DNA of 64,000 bases from Candidatus Falkowbacteria bacterium (GTDB lineage Bacteria > Patescibacteriota > Patescibacteriia > Patescibacteriales > UBA12465): the NCBI GenBank assembly GCA_016432645.1, contig CP066698.1, forward strand, positions 20,245 to 84,244. The letters are read 5' to 3'. The notes beneath the pieces are model-generated. The model worked only from the letters and a program-made list of their open reading frames with translations. It made no database searches and was not told where the DNA came from. Shown one piece after another: positions 1-8,966 of the stretch; position 1 is the first letter of the stretch; the number at the start of each line of letters is the position of its first letter. Made by a program: the position numbers and the translations under genes.

Positions 1-1372
1 GCTTGGAATAATTAGGAATATTTCGAAGCACCGTATCAAAAACAAAAGCTTGTTGAACATTAGCGGCGGGTATTTTTTTGGCCATGGTCTTCGGGACTAG
101 CTCCCAAAGCTTGATGATGGCCGGTTGATAAATTTTTCGCGCCTTATCATTCAAAATCCGGTTTAACGAAAAATTTGCCGGCAAAGTAACCAGCGTATAG
201 GAAATATTGGAAATAGTTTTGAGATCATCGTTGTTTACTGTTTTTGCGTCCACAATCCAAGTATGTTCAATGTTGGGAAGCGATAGGATTTTTTTTATTT
301 TTGCTTTTATTTTTGTTTTGACGCCGGTTTTAGCTGTTGGTTTTTGTGATTTTATCTTTAAGACAGAGTCTATGATTCTTTCATAGTCCCAGATTAGATT
401 TTCTTCGCTCCAATTTTCTTTGGCTTCGCGAAGAACGGCTGCCCCGTTCTCAATAATAGTTTTTAGGGAGTTGTCTTCAATGCAGATAGAGGGATTGAGA
501 TTTAAAATATGCCGGAACATCGAATTTTTTGAAATGGCTATTGGACGATTAACCGCGAGCGCGTAATCGGTAACGCTCGATATGCCCCTGACGCCGGTGT
601 CTTTATATAAAAATACATTTATAGAATTGGCCGCCAAGAAATCAAAAACCTTCTCGTCTTCAAAAAATTCATGAGTTATTTCTAATTTTATGCCCGGTTT
701 GGTTATTAGCTCTCGGCAATTATTTTCTATTTGCTTAGCTTTTATGCCGTTCTCGTCGCCAAAATCAGCTAATGGAATATTTATTTTAATGGTTGCTTCA
801 TCAAACTCTTTCTGGGCTAATATAATAATGTCCTCAAAGCCTTTATTAGCTGTTGCGAAACCAAAGCTGCCGATAATAATGTTATCAGGCAACGCTTGTT
901 TGTTTTCGTATTTTTTAACCAATCTACCGGTTTTATATACTAGCGGATTTTTAAGCAATAAAGTCGGGTCTGGCGTCACATAAAAATCAAAAATAGAGTT
1001 ATGCATTGGCCGGAAAATGATAAAGTTGTTTTTATAGTTTACCCCCCGGTCGGCGAGATCTTGAGTAATTTCATGAATGATGCCGATTTGCGGGATGGTG
1101 ATGTTAGTTAAATTATTACGATAAATTCGGGGCATTATTCTAGTTGTTACCCAAGGGATAGTGAAGGGATGGTAATTATAAATAATTGCCGCCGGATTGT
1201 GTTCTTTTATACTTTCAGCCAGTTCTTTTAAAGACGAGCATTCTTGATAAATAAAATTATATTTTTGAGATTTCTGAAGACTGTTTGCGATATTTTTGCC
1301 GAATTCATAAATGCCGCACCGCTTTTTTTTATGCGATATAAATAATATATTTTTAGACTCAAGTTTCGGCAT
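1..1372 (-). CDS. Glycosyltransferase-like (GT-B/GT4-like) protein with an extra C-terminal region; runs off the left edge
   Basis: Not in the ORF track. Read by hand as an open frame from ATG at 1372 to the edge (457 codons): MPKLESKNILFISHKKKRCGIYEFG...IIYNYHP...IGSFGFATANKGF...GISSVTDYALAVNRPIAIS...ANVQQAFVFDTV. Lies downstream of an acyltransferase and a priming sugar transferase. Confidence 0.7.
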   Translation of the reverse strand, partial: MPKLESKNILFISHKKKRCGIYEFGKNIANSLQKSQKYNFIYQECSSLKELAESIKEHNPAAIIYNYHPFTIPWVTTRIMPRIYRNNLTNITIPQIGIIHEITQDLADRGVNYKNNFIIFRPMHNSIFDFYVTPDPTLLLKNPLVYKTGRLVKKYENKQALPDNIIIGSFGFATANKGFEDIIILAQKEFDEATIKINIPLADFGDENGIKAKQIENNCRELITKPGIKLEITHEFFEDEKVFDFLAANSINVFLYKDTGVRGISSVTDYALAVNRPIAISKNSMFRHILNLNPSICIEDNSLKTIIENGAAVLREAKENWSEENLIWDYERIIDSVLKIKSQKPTAKTGVKTKIKAKIKKILSLPNIEHTWIVDAKTVNNDDLKTISNISYTLVTLPANFSLNRILNDKARKIYQPAIIKLWELVPKTMAKKIPAANVQQAFVFDTVLRNIPNYSK

Positions 1373-1388
1373 AAGATATTTTTTATTC

Positions 1389-1928
1389 TTACTTTTGTAT
1401 GTATTTTATGGTTTTAGCCGGTATGCCGGCGACAACGGTGTTATCGCCAACATTTCTAGTGACTAGACTGCCGGCGGCGATTACGGCATTTTGACCGATA
1501 GTAACTCCTTTTAAAATAGTAGCCCCGGCGCCTATCCAAGCGCCTCGTTTAATAGTAATCGGGGCCTCGGTTATCGCCGCTTGTCTTTCTTTATCGAGTT
1601 TTTGATAATCATGGCCGCGTGCGATTACCATCACTTTGTGGCTGAAAAAGACATAGTCCTCAATAATAATTGAACCATCGGTATCGCCAGCGTTGAGCAG
1701 GACGTCTGTTAAATAAACATTATTGCCAACATTAATATTTTTGGCGCCATGAAAAACTTTAAAGCCTTTATCAAAGCGGACATTGCGGCCGACTTGGGCG
1801 ATACCAAAGATGTATTTTAAGCGTAAATAATCGATTCCTCGGGCAAATTTAACAAAAAACCGGTATATTAGCCTCAGCGGCTTATAAAAAGTTTGATATT
1901 TTTTTAGACGATTAATAATTTTTTCCAT
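1389..1928 (-). CDS. Hexapeptide-repeat (left-handed beta-helix) acyltransferase, maltose/galactoside O-acetyltransferase family
   Basis: WIGAGATILKGVTIGQNAVIAAGSLVTRNV...AGIPAK motif. Confidence 0.9.
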   Translation of the reverse strand: MEKIINRLKKYQTFYKPLRLIYRFFVKFARGIDYLRLKYIFGIAQVGRNVRFDKGFKVFHGAKNINVGNNVYLTDVLLNAGDTDGSIIIEDYVFFSHKVMVIARGHDYQKLDKERQAAITEAPITIKRGAWIGAGATILKGVTIGQNAVIAAGSLVTRNVGDNTVVAGIPAKTIKYIQK

Positions 1929-1934
1929 ATTTCT

Positions 1935-3254
1935 TTATTTTCCGCGGCTGCTTAACATCGTGGCGATTGTTTTTAGGGCGATGGTTATGTCTAAAAATAG
2001 GGAGCGATTTTTGATATAAAATAAATCATTTTGCAATTTTTTAAGAGTATCTTCTTTGGCAGGAGAATGGTATTCGCCGGATATTTGATCCCAGCCGGAA
2101 AGTCCTGGTTTAATTATCAGCCTGGTGTTATAAAAAGGAATAATCGTTTCTAAGTCTTTGGCTAGTTCCGGCCTTTCGGGGCGTGGGCCGATAAAACTCA
2201 TTTCCCCTGCCAAAATATTTATCATCTGCGGGATTTCATCCAGCCGAGTTTTGCGCAAAAAATTTCCAAAAGTTGTAATCCTTTTATCGCCATCTACCGT
2301 TAGCGCTCGGTCGTTATTGTCTTCGCGCATCGTGCGGAATTTAATAATGGTGAATAATTTTCCTTGGCGTCCGAGGCGTTTTTGGCGGAAGAAAACTGGT
2401 CCGCGGCTTTCTAATTTAATAACTAACGCAATTAGCGGCCAGAAAATTAAAGAAATAATTAAGACAGTCAAGGCACCGATAAAATCAATAATTCTTTTAA
2501 GAAAATTAAAATAGCGGCGCTGGTTTTCCCTTAAGTTTTCTAAAAACCAGCTGGCGCTGACCTCTTCCACCGGAATTTTACCGCTTAGCAGTTCGTAAAA
2601 ATCAGGATAGCTATAAACACTGATTCGGTTTTGTAAAAGGTTGAGTAGAAAATCAGTGGTTCTCGCGGAGCCGAAATCATCACAGACAACTACTATTTTT
2701 ACTTTTTCGCCCTCTGTTTGATTTTTTAGTTTTTCCAGCTCCTCCTCGCCATTTATTTGCAGCTCTAATTTATAGCCGGCGCCGGGATTTTTATTCAATT
2801 CGCTTTGCAGGGCGCGGCTTTTTTCATTGTTACCCATAATTGCCAAGCCTACTCCAGGAACAGCATGCTGAATAGCTTGGTATAAGTAACGCCAAATAAA
2901 AAAGAGCCCCAAGAAAAACACAATAAATAAGGCTAAGTTGGTTCTCGGGGCGACGCTGGAAGCGACATTTAGATAAAAATAAGTGATGGAAATTAAACTG
3001 GCGACCGCCGCGGCGCTCATCGCCGTTTTTAAAAAACGGCGGCTTCTGGCCCTTAGATTAAGGTCGTAAAGGCCGCTAATATATATGGAAATCAGCCAAA
3101 AAACAAAGACCAACAGGAAGGGCCAAAAATGTTTTTGGAGCTGGTCGCTAAAAGCGGCTTGAGGGTATCTAACCGTTAAAACTAAAACTAGAGCCAGAAA
3201 GAGAGAGACTGAATCTCCGAGCAAGAGAATTATTTTTTTAAAACCGCTGGTCAT
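1935..3254 (-). CDS. Exopolysaccharide priming polyprenyl glycosylphosphotransferase (WcaJ/WbaP family)
   Basis: N-terminal TM helices; KFRTM, LDEIPQ, GEMSFIGPRPE and KPGLSGW motifs. Confidence 0.93.
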   Translation of the reverse strand: MTSGFKKIILLLGDSVSLFLALVLVLTVRYPQAAFSDQLQKHFWPFLLVFVFWLISIYISGLYDLNLRARSRRFLKTAMSAAAVASLISITYFYLNVASSVAPRTNLALFIVFFLGLFFIWRYLYQAIQHAVPGVGLAIMGNNEKSRALQSELNKNPGAGYKLELQINGEEELEKLKNQTEGEKVKIVVVCDDFGSARTTDFLLNLLQNRISVYSYPDFYELLSGKIPVEEVSASWFLENLRENQRRYFNFLKRIIDFIGALTVLIISLIFWPLIALVIKLESRGPVFFRQKRLGRQGKLFTIIKFRTMREDNNDRALTVDGDKRITTFGNFLRKTRLDEIPQMINILAGEMSFIGPRPERPELAKDLETIIPFYNTRLIIKPGLSGWDQISGEYHSPAKEDTLKKLQNDLFYIKNRSLFLDITIALKTIATMLSSRGK

Positions 3255-3348
3255 ATAAGGCCAATATAACAGTTTCCGCTTGAAAAATCAATCATTTTTA
3301 TGTTATCTTTATATAGATATGATATAATAATAACGAAATAGAAATATT

Positions 3349-4521
3349 ATGAAAAATGAGCAAAAAATAGCCGAATTATTAACTCGGGGTGTAGAAGAGG
3401 TTATTGATCTTAAGGATTTAGAGGCTAAGCTATTAAGCGGAAAGCCACTGAGAGTTAAGCTGGGGATTGACCCGACTAGCCCTAATATTCATTTGGGACG
3501 TTCCATTCCGCTTTTAAAATTAAGGGATTTTCAAGAATTAGGGCATCAAATCGTCTTTATTATTGGTGATTTCACGGGAACGATTGGCGATACTTCTGAC
3601 AAGAATAGCGAACGGCCAATGTTAGATGAAGCGGTTATTAAAGAAAATATCAAAAATTATATTGCTCAAGCCGGTAAAGTAATTGATGTTAAAAAATGCG
3701 AGATTCATTATAATAGCGAATGGCTGGCCAAATTAGAATATAAAGAAGTCTGCCGCCAAGCCGATATTTTTTCTATCAATGAATTCATTTCCCGCGATAA
3801 TATCCGCCGCCGTTTAGAGGCCGGTTCGCGCGTTTCTTTACGCGAAGTGATGTACCCGATGATGCAGGGTTATGACTCAGTTATGCTTAAAGCCGACGTG
3901 GAACTTGGCGGCACCGACCAGCGTTTTAATTTGCTGGCCGGACGGGAAATGCAGCGCGCCTATAAACAAGCGCCGCAAAACATTATTACTAATCCTTTGA
4001 TTGAAGGCTTGGATGGTCGCAAAATGAGTTCTAGCTGGGGCAACACCGTCAATCTTTTTGATTCGCCTTCGGAAATGTTTGGGAAACTTATGTCCTTGCA
4101 GGATGAGTTTATCATCAAGTATTTTACTTTATTAACGCGCGTCAGCGTTGAGGAGATTAAGAAATATGAGGATGCCCTAAAAAAAGGCGCTAATCCGCGA
4201 GATTATAAGATATTGCTTGCTAAGGAAATTGTTAGTTTTTACCATAGCAAACAAGCGGCTGACGAGCAGGAAACTAATTTTATTAAAGTTTTTTCTAAAA
4301 AGGAAATGCCGGCTGAAATCGGAGAGTTAAAACCGACCAGTTATGGTTTAGTGGCTGTTTTAATTGAGGCTGGATTAGTCGCTTCTAAATCCGAAGCCAA
4401 GCGCGTCATTGAGCAGGGCGGCGTTAAAGTTGATCAGCAAATAATCAGGGAATTAGATTTTAATATTCCGGCAGGCGCGATTTTGCAGAAAGGAAAATTA
4501 AAATTTCTCAAGATAGTTTAA
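3349..4521 (+). CDS. tyrS: Tyrosine--tRNA ligase
   Basis: GIDPTSPNIHLGR, YPMMQGYD, GGTDQRFN, KMSSS and a C-terminal S4 domain. Confidence 0.97.
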   Translation: MKNEQKIAELLTRGVEEVIDLKDLEAKLLSGKPLRVKLGIDPTSPNIHLGRSIPLLKLRDFQELGHQIVFIIGDFTGTIGDTSDKNSERPMLDEAVIKENIKNYIAQAGKVIDVKKCEIHYNSEWLAKLEYKEVCRQADIFSINEFISRDNIRRRLEAGSRVSLREVMYPMMQGYDSVMLKADVELGGTDQRFNLLAGREMQRAYKQAPQNIITNPLIEGLDGRKMSSSWGNTVNLFDSPSEMFGKLMSLQDEFIIKYFTLLTRVSVEEIKKYEDALKKGANPRDYKILLAKEIVSFYHSKQAADEQETNFIKVFSKKEMPAEIGELKPTSYGLVAVLIEAGLVASKSEAKRVIEQGGVKVDQQIIRELDFNIPAGAILQKGKLKFLKIV

Positions 4522-4540
4522 AATTTTTAGCCGGATATTT

Positions 4541-5548
4541 ATGGCGGAAACCGATTCCACTTGGCCTAAGATTGGTAATGAGCAAGCGATTGAATTTTTG
4601 AATCGAGCGGTTTCTGGCGGCCGGATTGCCCAAACCTATATTTTCATCGGTCCGGATGACTTAGGCAAATCAACCATAGCCTTAACTTTTGCCCATAATT
4701 TAATGAGTAAGGCTATTGGTCTCCATGAAGGCTTTAATAGTGATCTTCATATTTTAAAGCCGGATGACGGTAAAAAATCCATCTCTATTGAACAGGTGCG
4801 CCAGTTTATTAAAGATTTAAGTTTAAGCCCTTTTCTTAACGCCTATAAGATAGGTATAATTAAGGAGGCTGACAGTTTAAGCTCGGAAGCCCAGAATGCT
4901 ATTTTGAAAACTCTAGAAGAACCTAAGGGGGAGACGTTGATTATTTTGCTCGCTAAGAGCGAAGAAAATCTACTGCCCACAATTTTATCGCGCGGTCAAA
5001 AATTATATTTTAATCCGGTAAAAGCGGAAACAATTTATGATTATTTACTAACTGAGCATCAGGCAAAACGTTCACTCGCGAAAGATTTGGCCAACTTAGC
5101 CCTGGGGCGCCCGCTTAAAGCCGCCAGATTTTTAGAAAATCCAGAAACCTACGCTGCTTATTTGGAAAGGGCGAGTTTATTTTTAAAATTGTTCAATACC
5201 GGTCTCAATGAACGCTTAAGCGTGCTGGACAAATTGTTTAGCGATAAATCTTACGGTGTTGCCGCCGTCAATGGTGCGGAAGACATTTTAACGATGATTG
5301 AGGGCTTATTACGTGATTTATTCCTGCTCCACTTTAATCAACCGGAAAAAATCCAACATTCCGCTTTGGTCTCGGAGCTTAAAGAAGCTTTGCGAGTGAT
5401 TGATCTCCTGGTGGCCTCTAAAAATAGTAATGATAATTTTTCTACTTTTATTTTATTAAAATTCAAATTAACAGCGATGGCGCGGGAGTATTTGTCGGCT
5501 AATGTTAATCCGCGCTTAGTTTTAGAACAATTAGTAATTAATTTATAA
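4541..5548 (+). CDS. holB: DNA polymerase III delta-prime subunit
   Basis: GPDDLGKS, ISIEQVR, AQNAILKTLEEP, LLPTILSR. Confidence 0.9.
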   Translation: MAETDSTWPKIGNEQAIEFLNRAVSGGRIAQTYIFIGPDDLGKSTIALTFAHNLMSKAIGLHEGFNSDLHILKPDDGKKSISIEQVRQFIKDLSLSPFLNAYKIGIIKEADSLSSEAQNAILKTLEEPKGETLIILLAKSEENLLPTILSRGQKLYFNPVKAETIYDYLLTEHQAKRSLAKDLANLALGRPLKAARFLENPETYAAYLERASLFLKLFNTGLNERLSVLDKLFSDKSYGVAAVNGAEDILTMIEGLLRDLFLLHFNQPEKIQHSALVSELKEALRVIDLLVASKNSNDNFSTFILLKFKLTAMAREYLSANVNPRLVLEQLVINL

Positions 5549-5553
5549 AATAT

Positions 5554-6666
5554 ATGAAGCACAAAAAAGTTATTCTGGGCGCCTGTTTGGCCTTGTTGGG
5601 CTTGTCTTTATCCGCTTGCTCAATTTCCACCAACTCTTCCAATAATAGTGCTACTCAGGATAGCAGCGTCTTTCTCTCAACCGATAGCGGTAACACTTGG
5701 CGCACGGCCGCCGCTTTAGCGACTACCGGCCAGGCTCAGGACATCAAATCTTTGAATGTTAATACGATGGCCATGGACCCCTCGGATAATTTGGCGGTTT
5801 ATTTGGCGACTTATGAACATGGTTTGTATTATACTTATAATGTTTTAAATACCGGCTGGATTAAAGTTAAAAATCTGCCGGAGGCGACCATTAATGATGT
5901 TAAGGTTGACCCCAAAAGCAAATGCGTAATTTATGCCGCTGTTGCCAATCGTTTATATCGTTCCAGTGATTGCGCCCGTAATTGGGATCAGGTTTATTTT
6001 GATACCGACCCAGCCGTCAGCGTCAATGCGATTGTGGTGGATTTCTATAATACTAAAAATATTTATATCGGCACCTCGCGCGGCGAAATTATTAAAAGTA
6101 TTGATAGCGGCGCTTCTTGGCGGACCATCCGCCGCTTAGAAGAAGGTGTATCCCGCTTGATTATTTCGCCTTTGGACAGCCGCTTAATATTTGTCGCTTC
6201 TGCTAAGAATAAAATTTATAGCTTTACTTCCAACAGTGCGACTAACGCCGCCGATTCCGGCAATATTGACCAGAATTTCATGGTGGTTAATTGGAATGAT
6301 TTAAATACTGTTCTAAAAGATTATAATCTCGGTTCCTCATTTAAGGATTTTGTAGTTTGTGCGGCCGATGGTAAGATGTTTATCGCCACTAATCAAACTA
6401 TTCTGCGTTCTCCGGACAACGGCATTACTTGGGAGCAAATAAAACTCATCCAGCCTGATAAAGCGGCGACCGTCAACGCTTTAGCCGTTAATCCAAAAAA
6501 CTCCAATGAAATATATTATGTAACTAACACAACTTTCTTTAGCTCGACTGACGGCGGCGTTACTTGGGCTACCAAGAAGTTGCCGACAACGCGCGCCGGC
6601 CGCAATTTGTTAGTTGACTTTAATAATCCGAAAAATATTTATTTAGGCACCATAAAATTAAAATAA
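5554..6666 (+). CDS. Lipoprotein with BNR/Asp-box beta-propeller (YCF48/sortilin-like)
   Basis: Signal peptide with lipobox LSAC; repeated S-x-D-x-G-x-[TS]-W boxes (STDSGNTW, SIDSGASW, SPDNGITW, STDGGVTW). Confidence 0.85.
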   Translation: MKHKKVILGACLALLGLSLSACSISTNSSNNSATQDSSVFLSTDSGNTWRTAAALATTGQAQDIKSLNVNTMAMDPSDNLAVYLATYEHGLYYTYNVLNTGWIKVKNLPEATINDVKVDPKSKCVIYAAVANRLYRSSDCARNWDQVYFDTDPAVSVNAIVVDFYNTKNIYIGTSRGEIIKSIDSGASWRTIRRLEEGVSRLIISPLDSRLIFVASAKNKIYSFTSNSATNAADSGNIDQNFMVVNWNDLNTVLKDYNLGSSFKDFVVCAADGKMFIATNQTILRSPDNGITWEQIKLIQPDKAATVNALAVNPKNSNEIYYVTNTTFFSSTDGGVTWATKKLPTTRAGRNLLVDFNNPKNIYLGTIKLK

Positions 6667-6673
6667 AAAATAT

Positions 6674-7228
6674 ATGAATCAATATTTAGCAGACAAACAA
6701 GGTGATTTTTCTAACGCGATTGATTTTTTCAAAAAAGAAATCGCGACTCTTCGCACCGGCCGCGCTAATCCGGCAGTTTTAGATGGCATTCAAGTTGAGG
6801 CTTACGGCGTCATGAATCCGCTTAATACCGTCGCTAATATCGCAGTTTCGGATGCGCGCAATATTTTGATTGCCGCCTGGGATAAGGGGGTTTTAAAAAA
6901 TATTGAAAAGGCGATTGTGGATGCCGGATTGGGCTTGGGAGTTGTTAATGAGGGTGACAAAATTCGCCTAACCGTACCCGCTTTAACCGAGGAAAATCGT
7001 AAAGATTTAGTAAAAAAGCTTAATGAAAAAATGGAAAAAACCAGAGTTATCTTGCGTCAAGTCCGCGAAGCGATAAAAAATACCATTGAAAAGGCTCACG
7101 ATGATAAAGAAATGAGCGAGGATGATAAATTCCGCTTTATTAAGGAGCTTGATGAATTTTCCGCGCGCAAGAATGAGGAACTAAAAGATGTGCGCGATCG
7201 CAAGGAAAAAGATATCATGGAGATTTAA
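6674..7228 (+). CDS. frr: Ribosome recycling factor
   Basis: LRTGRANPAVLD, PALTEENRKDLVK. Confidence 0.97.
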   Translation: MNQYLADKQGDFSNAIDFFKKEIATLRTGRANPAVLDGIQVEAYGVMNPLNTVANIAVSDARNILIAAWDKGVLKNIEKAIVDAGLGLGVVNEGDKIRLTVPALTEENRKDLVKKLNEKMEKTRVILRQVREAIKNTIEKAHDDKEMSEDDKFRFIKELDEFSARKNEELKDVRDRKEKDIMEI

Positions 7229-7247
7229 GAATTAATTAACAAGACAA

Positions 7248-8417
7248 ATGTTTTTAACAATTATTATATTTATTTTAGTTTTGTCGGTTCTGATTTTTGT
7301 GCATGAGCTTGGTCATTTCATGACCGCGCGGCGTCTGGGAGTCAGGGCTGACGAATTCGGTTTTGGATTTCCGCCGCGGGCTATTGGTTTTTATAAGAAT
7401 AAAAACGGCAAATGGCAACGCGTGGTCGGCAGTAAAACCTATGAAAGCTTAGAGCAGAGTACGGATGCTAAAAAAATTCCGGCTACTGGTTCTACGATTT
7501 ATTCTCTTAATTGGTTACCGATCGGAGGTTTCGTTAAAATCAAAGGCGAAAATGGAGACGGCGAAAACGATCCTGATAGCTTTGCCGCGAAAAAGATTTG
7601 GAAACGGGTAATAATTTTAGCGGCTGGGGTCATTATGAATATCCTTTTAGCTTGGGTGATTTTTACTATTGGTTATGTGATGGGTTTGCCTCAGGCTACT
7701 GCGGAATTGGGCCGTCGAGCGATTGTTAGTGAACAGCGAGTGGCAGTCATTGATATTTTGCCTGGCTCGCCGGCTGAAAGCGCCGGGCTTAAAGCGGGTG
7801 ATTTAATTTCTCGGATAAATGGAGAAACAGTCGCCTCGGAAGTTGATGTTCAAAAAATTATCGGCACTCGCGGAGGGCAGGAAACGGAAATTGTCGTCAG
7901 TAATAACGGCGAAGATAAAGTTTTAAAGGTTATTCCGGCTGCCAATTTAAATGGTGCCGAGGGCCGGGCGGCTATTGGTGTCAGCATTATGGCGGCTGGG
8001 ACTGTCCGTTATCCTTTTTTCAACGCAATTTGGGAAGGAGCAAAAACTACCATTTGGACTTTGAAAGAAATTTTTGTGGCTTTCGGTAATTTAATCGGCA
8101 GTTTATTTCATGGCCAATCAGTGGCTGCTGATTTTGCCGGACCGGTCGGAATTGCCAATATTACCGGGCAGGCCGCGCGTTTGGGCTTGATTTATCTCTT
8201 GCAATTAACAGCTTTGTTATCTCTTAATTTAGCCGTGATTAATATCTTGCCTTTTCCAGCCTTGGATGGTGGCCGTATTTTCTTTTTGTTAATTGAAAGA
8301 ATTAAGGGCAAGCCGGTCCGCCGGGACGTGGAAGCGGTTATTCACAATATCGGCTTCATGCTGTTGATTGCCCTGATTATTTTTATTACCTATAAAGATA
8401 TTGTTAAATTGTTCTAA
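7248..8417 (+). CDS. rseP: RIP metalloprotease RseP (M50 with PDZ domain)
   Basis: HELGH, PIGGFVKIKGE, PDZ domain, NILPFPALDGG. Confidence 0.95.
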   Translation: MFLTIIIFILVLSVLIFVHELGHFMTARRLGVRADEFGFGFPPRAIGFYKNKNGKWQRVVGSKTYESLEQSTDAKKIPATGSTIYSLNWLPIGGFVKIKGENGDGENDPDSFAAKKIWKRVIILAAGVIMNILLAWVIFTIGYVMGLPQATAELGRRAIVSEQRVAVIDILPGSPAESAGLKAGDLISRINGETVASEVDVQKIIGTRGGQETEIVVSNNGEDKVLKVIPAANLNGAEGRAAIGVSIMAAGTVRYPFFNAIWEGAKTTIWTLKEIFVAFGNLIGSLFHGQSVAADFAGPVGIANITGQAARLGLIYLLQLTALLSLNLAVINILPFPALDGGRIFFLLIERIKGKPVRRDVEAVIHNIGFMLLIALIIFITYKDIVKLF

Positions 8418-8434
8418 TTATTAACATTAAATAT

Positions 8435-8761
8435 ATGGAAGTCAAAATTAAATCTTCGCGCCTAGAATTAACCGACGCTATCCGAAAATATATTGAAACC
8501 AAAATGGCGATGACCGAAAAATATTTGGGCGCTAAAGTTAAGGTGATAAATTGTGATTTTGAAATCGCTAAAACAGTCGGCGGCCAAAGCAAGGGGGATA
8601 TTTTCCGGGCCGAAGTTAATTTGCAGGTACCGCATGAAATTTTGCGGGTTGAAAAAACTGAAACCGATTTATATAAAGCCATTGATAAGGTCAAGGATCA
8701 CTTAGAATTAGTCGTTAAAAAGTATAAGGAGAAGCTGATTGATAAGAAGCGGGGGAAGTAG
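8435..8761 (+). CDS. raiA: Ribosome hibernation factor (short HPF/RaiA)
   Basis: LELTDAIRKYIETK...DLYKAIDKVKDHLE. Confidence 0.9.
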   Translation: MEVKIKSSRLELTDAIRKYIETKMAMTEKYLGAKVKVINCDFEIAKTVGGQSKGDIFRAEVNLQVPHEILRVEKTETDLYKAIDKVKDHLELVVKKYKEKLIDKKRGK

Positions 8762-8780
8762 ATTTTTTTTGAGGGTGAGC

Positions 8781-8789
8781 TGTGGATAA
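8781..8789. promoter_or_regulatory. Perfect DnaA box upstream of nrdA
   Basis: TGTGGATAA is the reverse complement of TTATCCACA; single copy. Confidence 0.45.
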
Positions 8790-8816
8790 CTAGAATAATT
8801 TTACTAATAGTTTTAG

Positions 8817-8855
8817 AATAAAAAGCCTAAAAATGTGATTTTAGGCTTTTTTATT
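8817..8855 (+). terminator. Intrinsic terminator after raiA
   Basis: AATAAAAAGCCTAAAA-atgtga-TTTTAGGCTTTTTTATT inverted repeat. Confidence 0.8.
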
Positions 8856-8879
8856 GGGGTTTTGGTGGCTTGTCGCTAT

Positions 8880-8895
8880 ACACTATATATAGTAT
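8880..8895. promoter_or_regulatory. NrdR box; a possible degenerate second box lies at about 8913-8928
   Basis: ACACTATATATAGTAT matches the NrdR consensus acaCwAtATaTwGtgt and sits directly upstream of nrdA. Confidence 0.7.
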
Positions 8896-8966
8896 AATAA
8901 GTAGTATCCCAACCACAACATAACTGAAAAGATGGGAAATTAATAAATCTTAAATAATTTAAAATT

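Noticed and set aside
8761-8966. Possible replication origin because of a DnaA box in an AT-rich intergenic region
   Set aside because: There is only one perfect box and no dnaA or dnaN nearby; nrdAB regulation explains it better.
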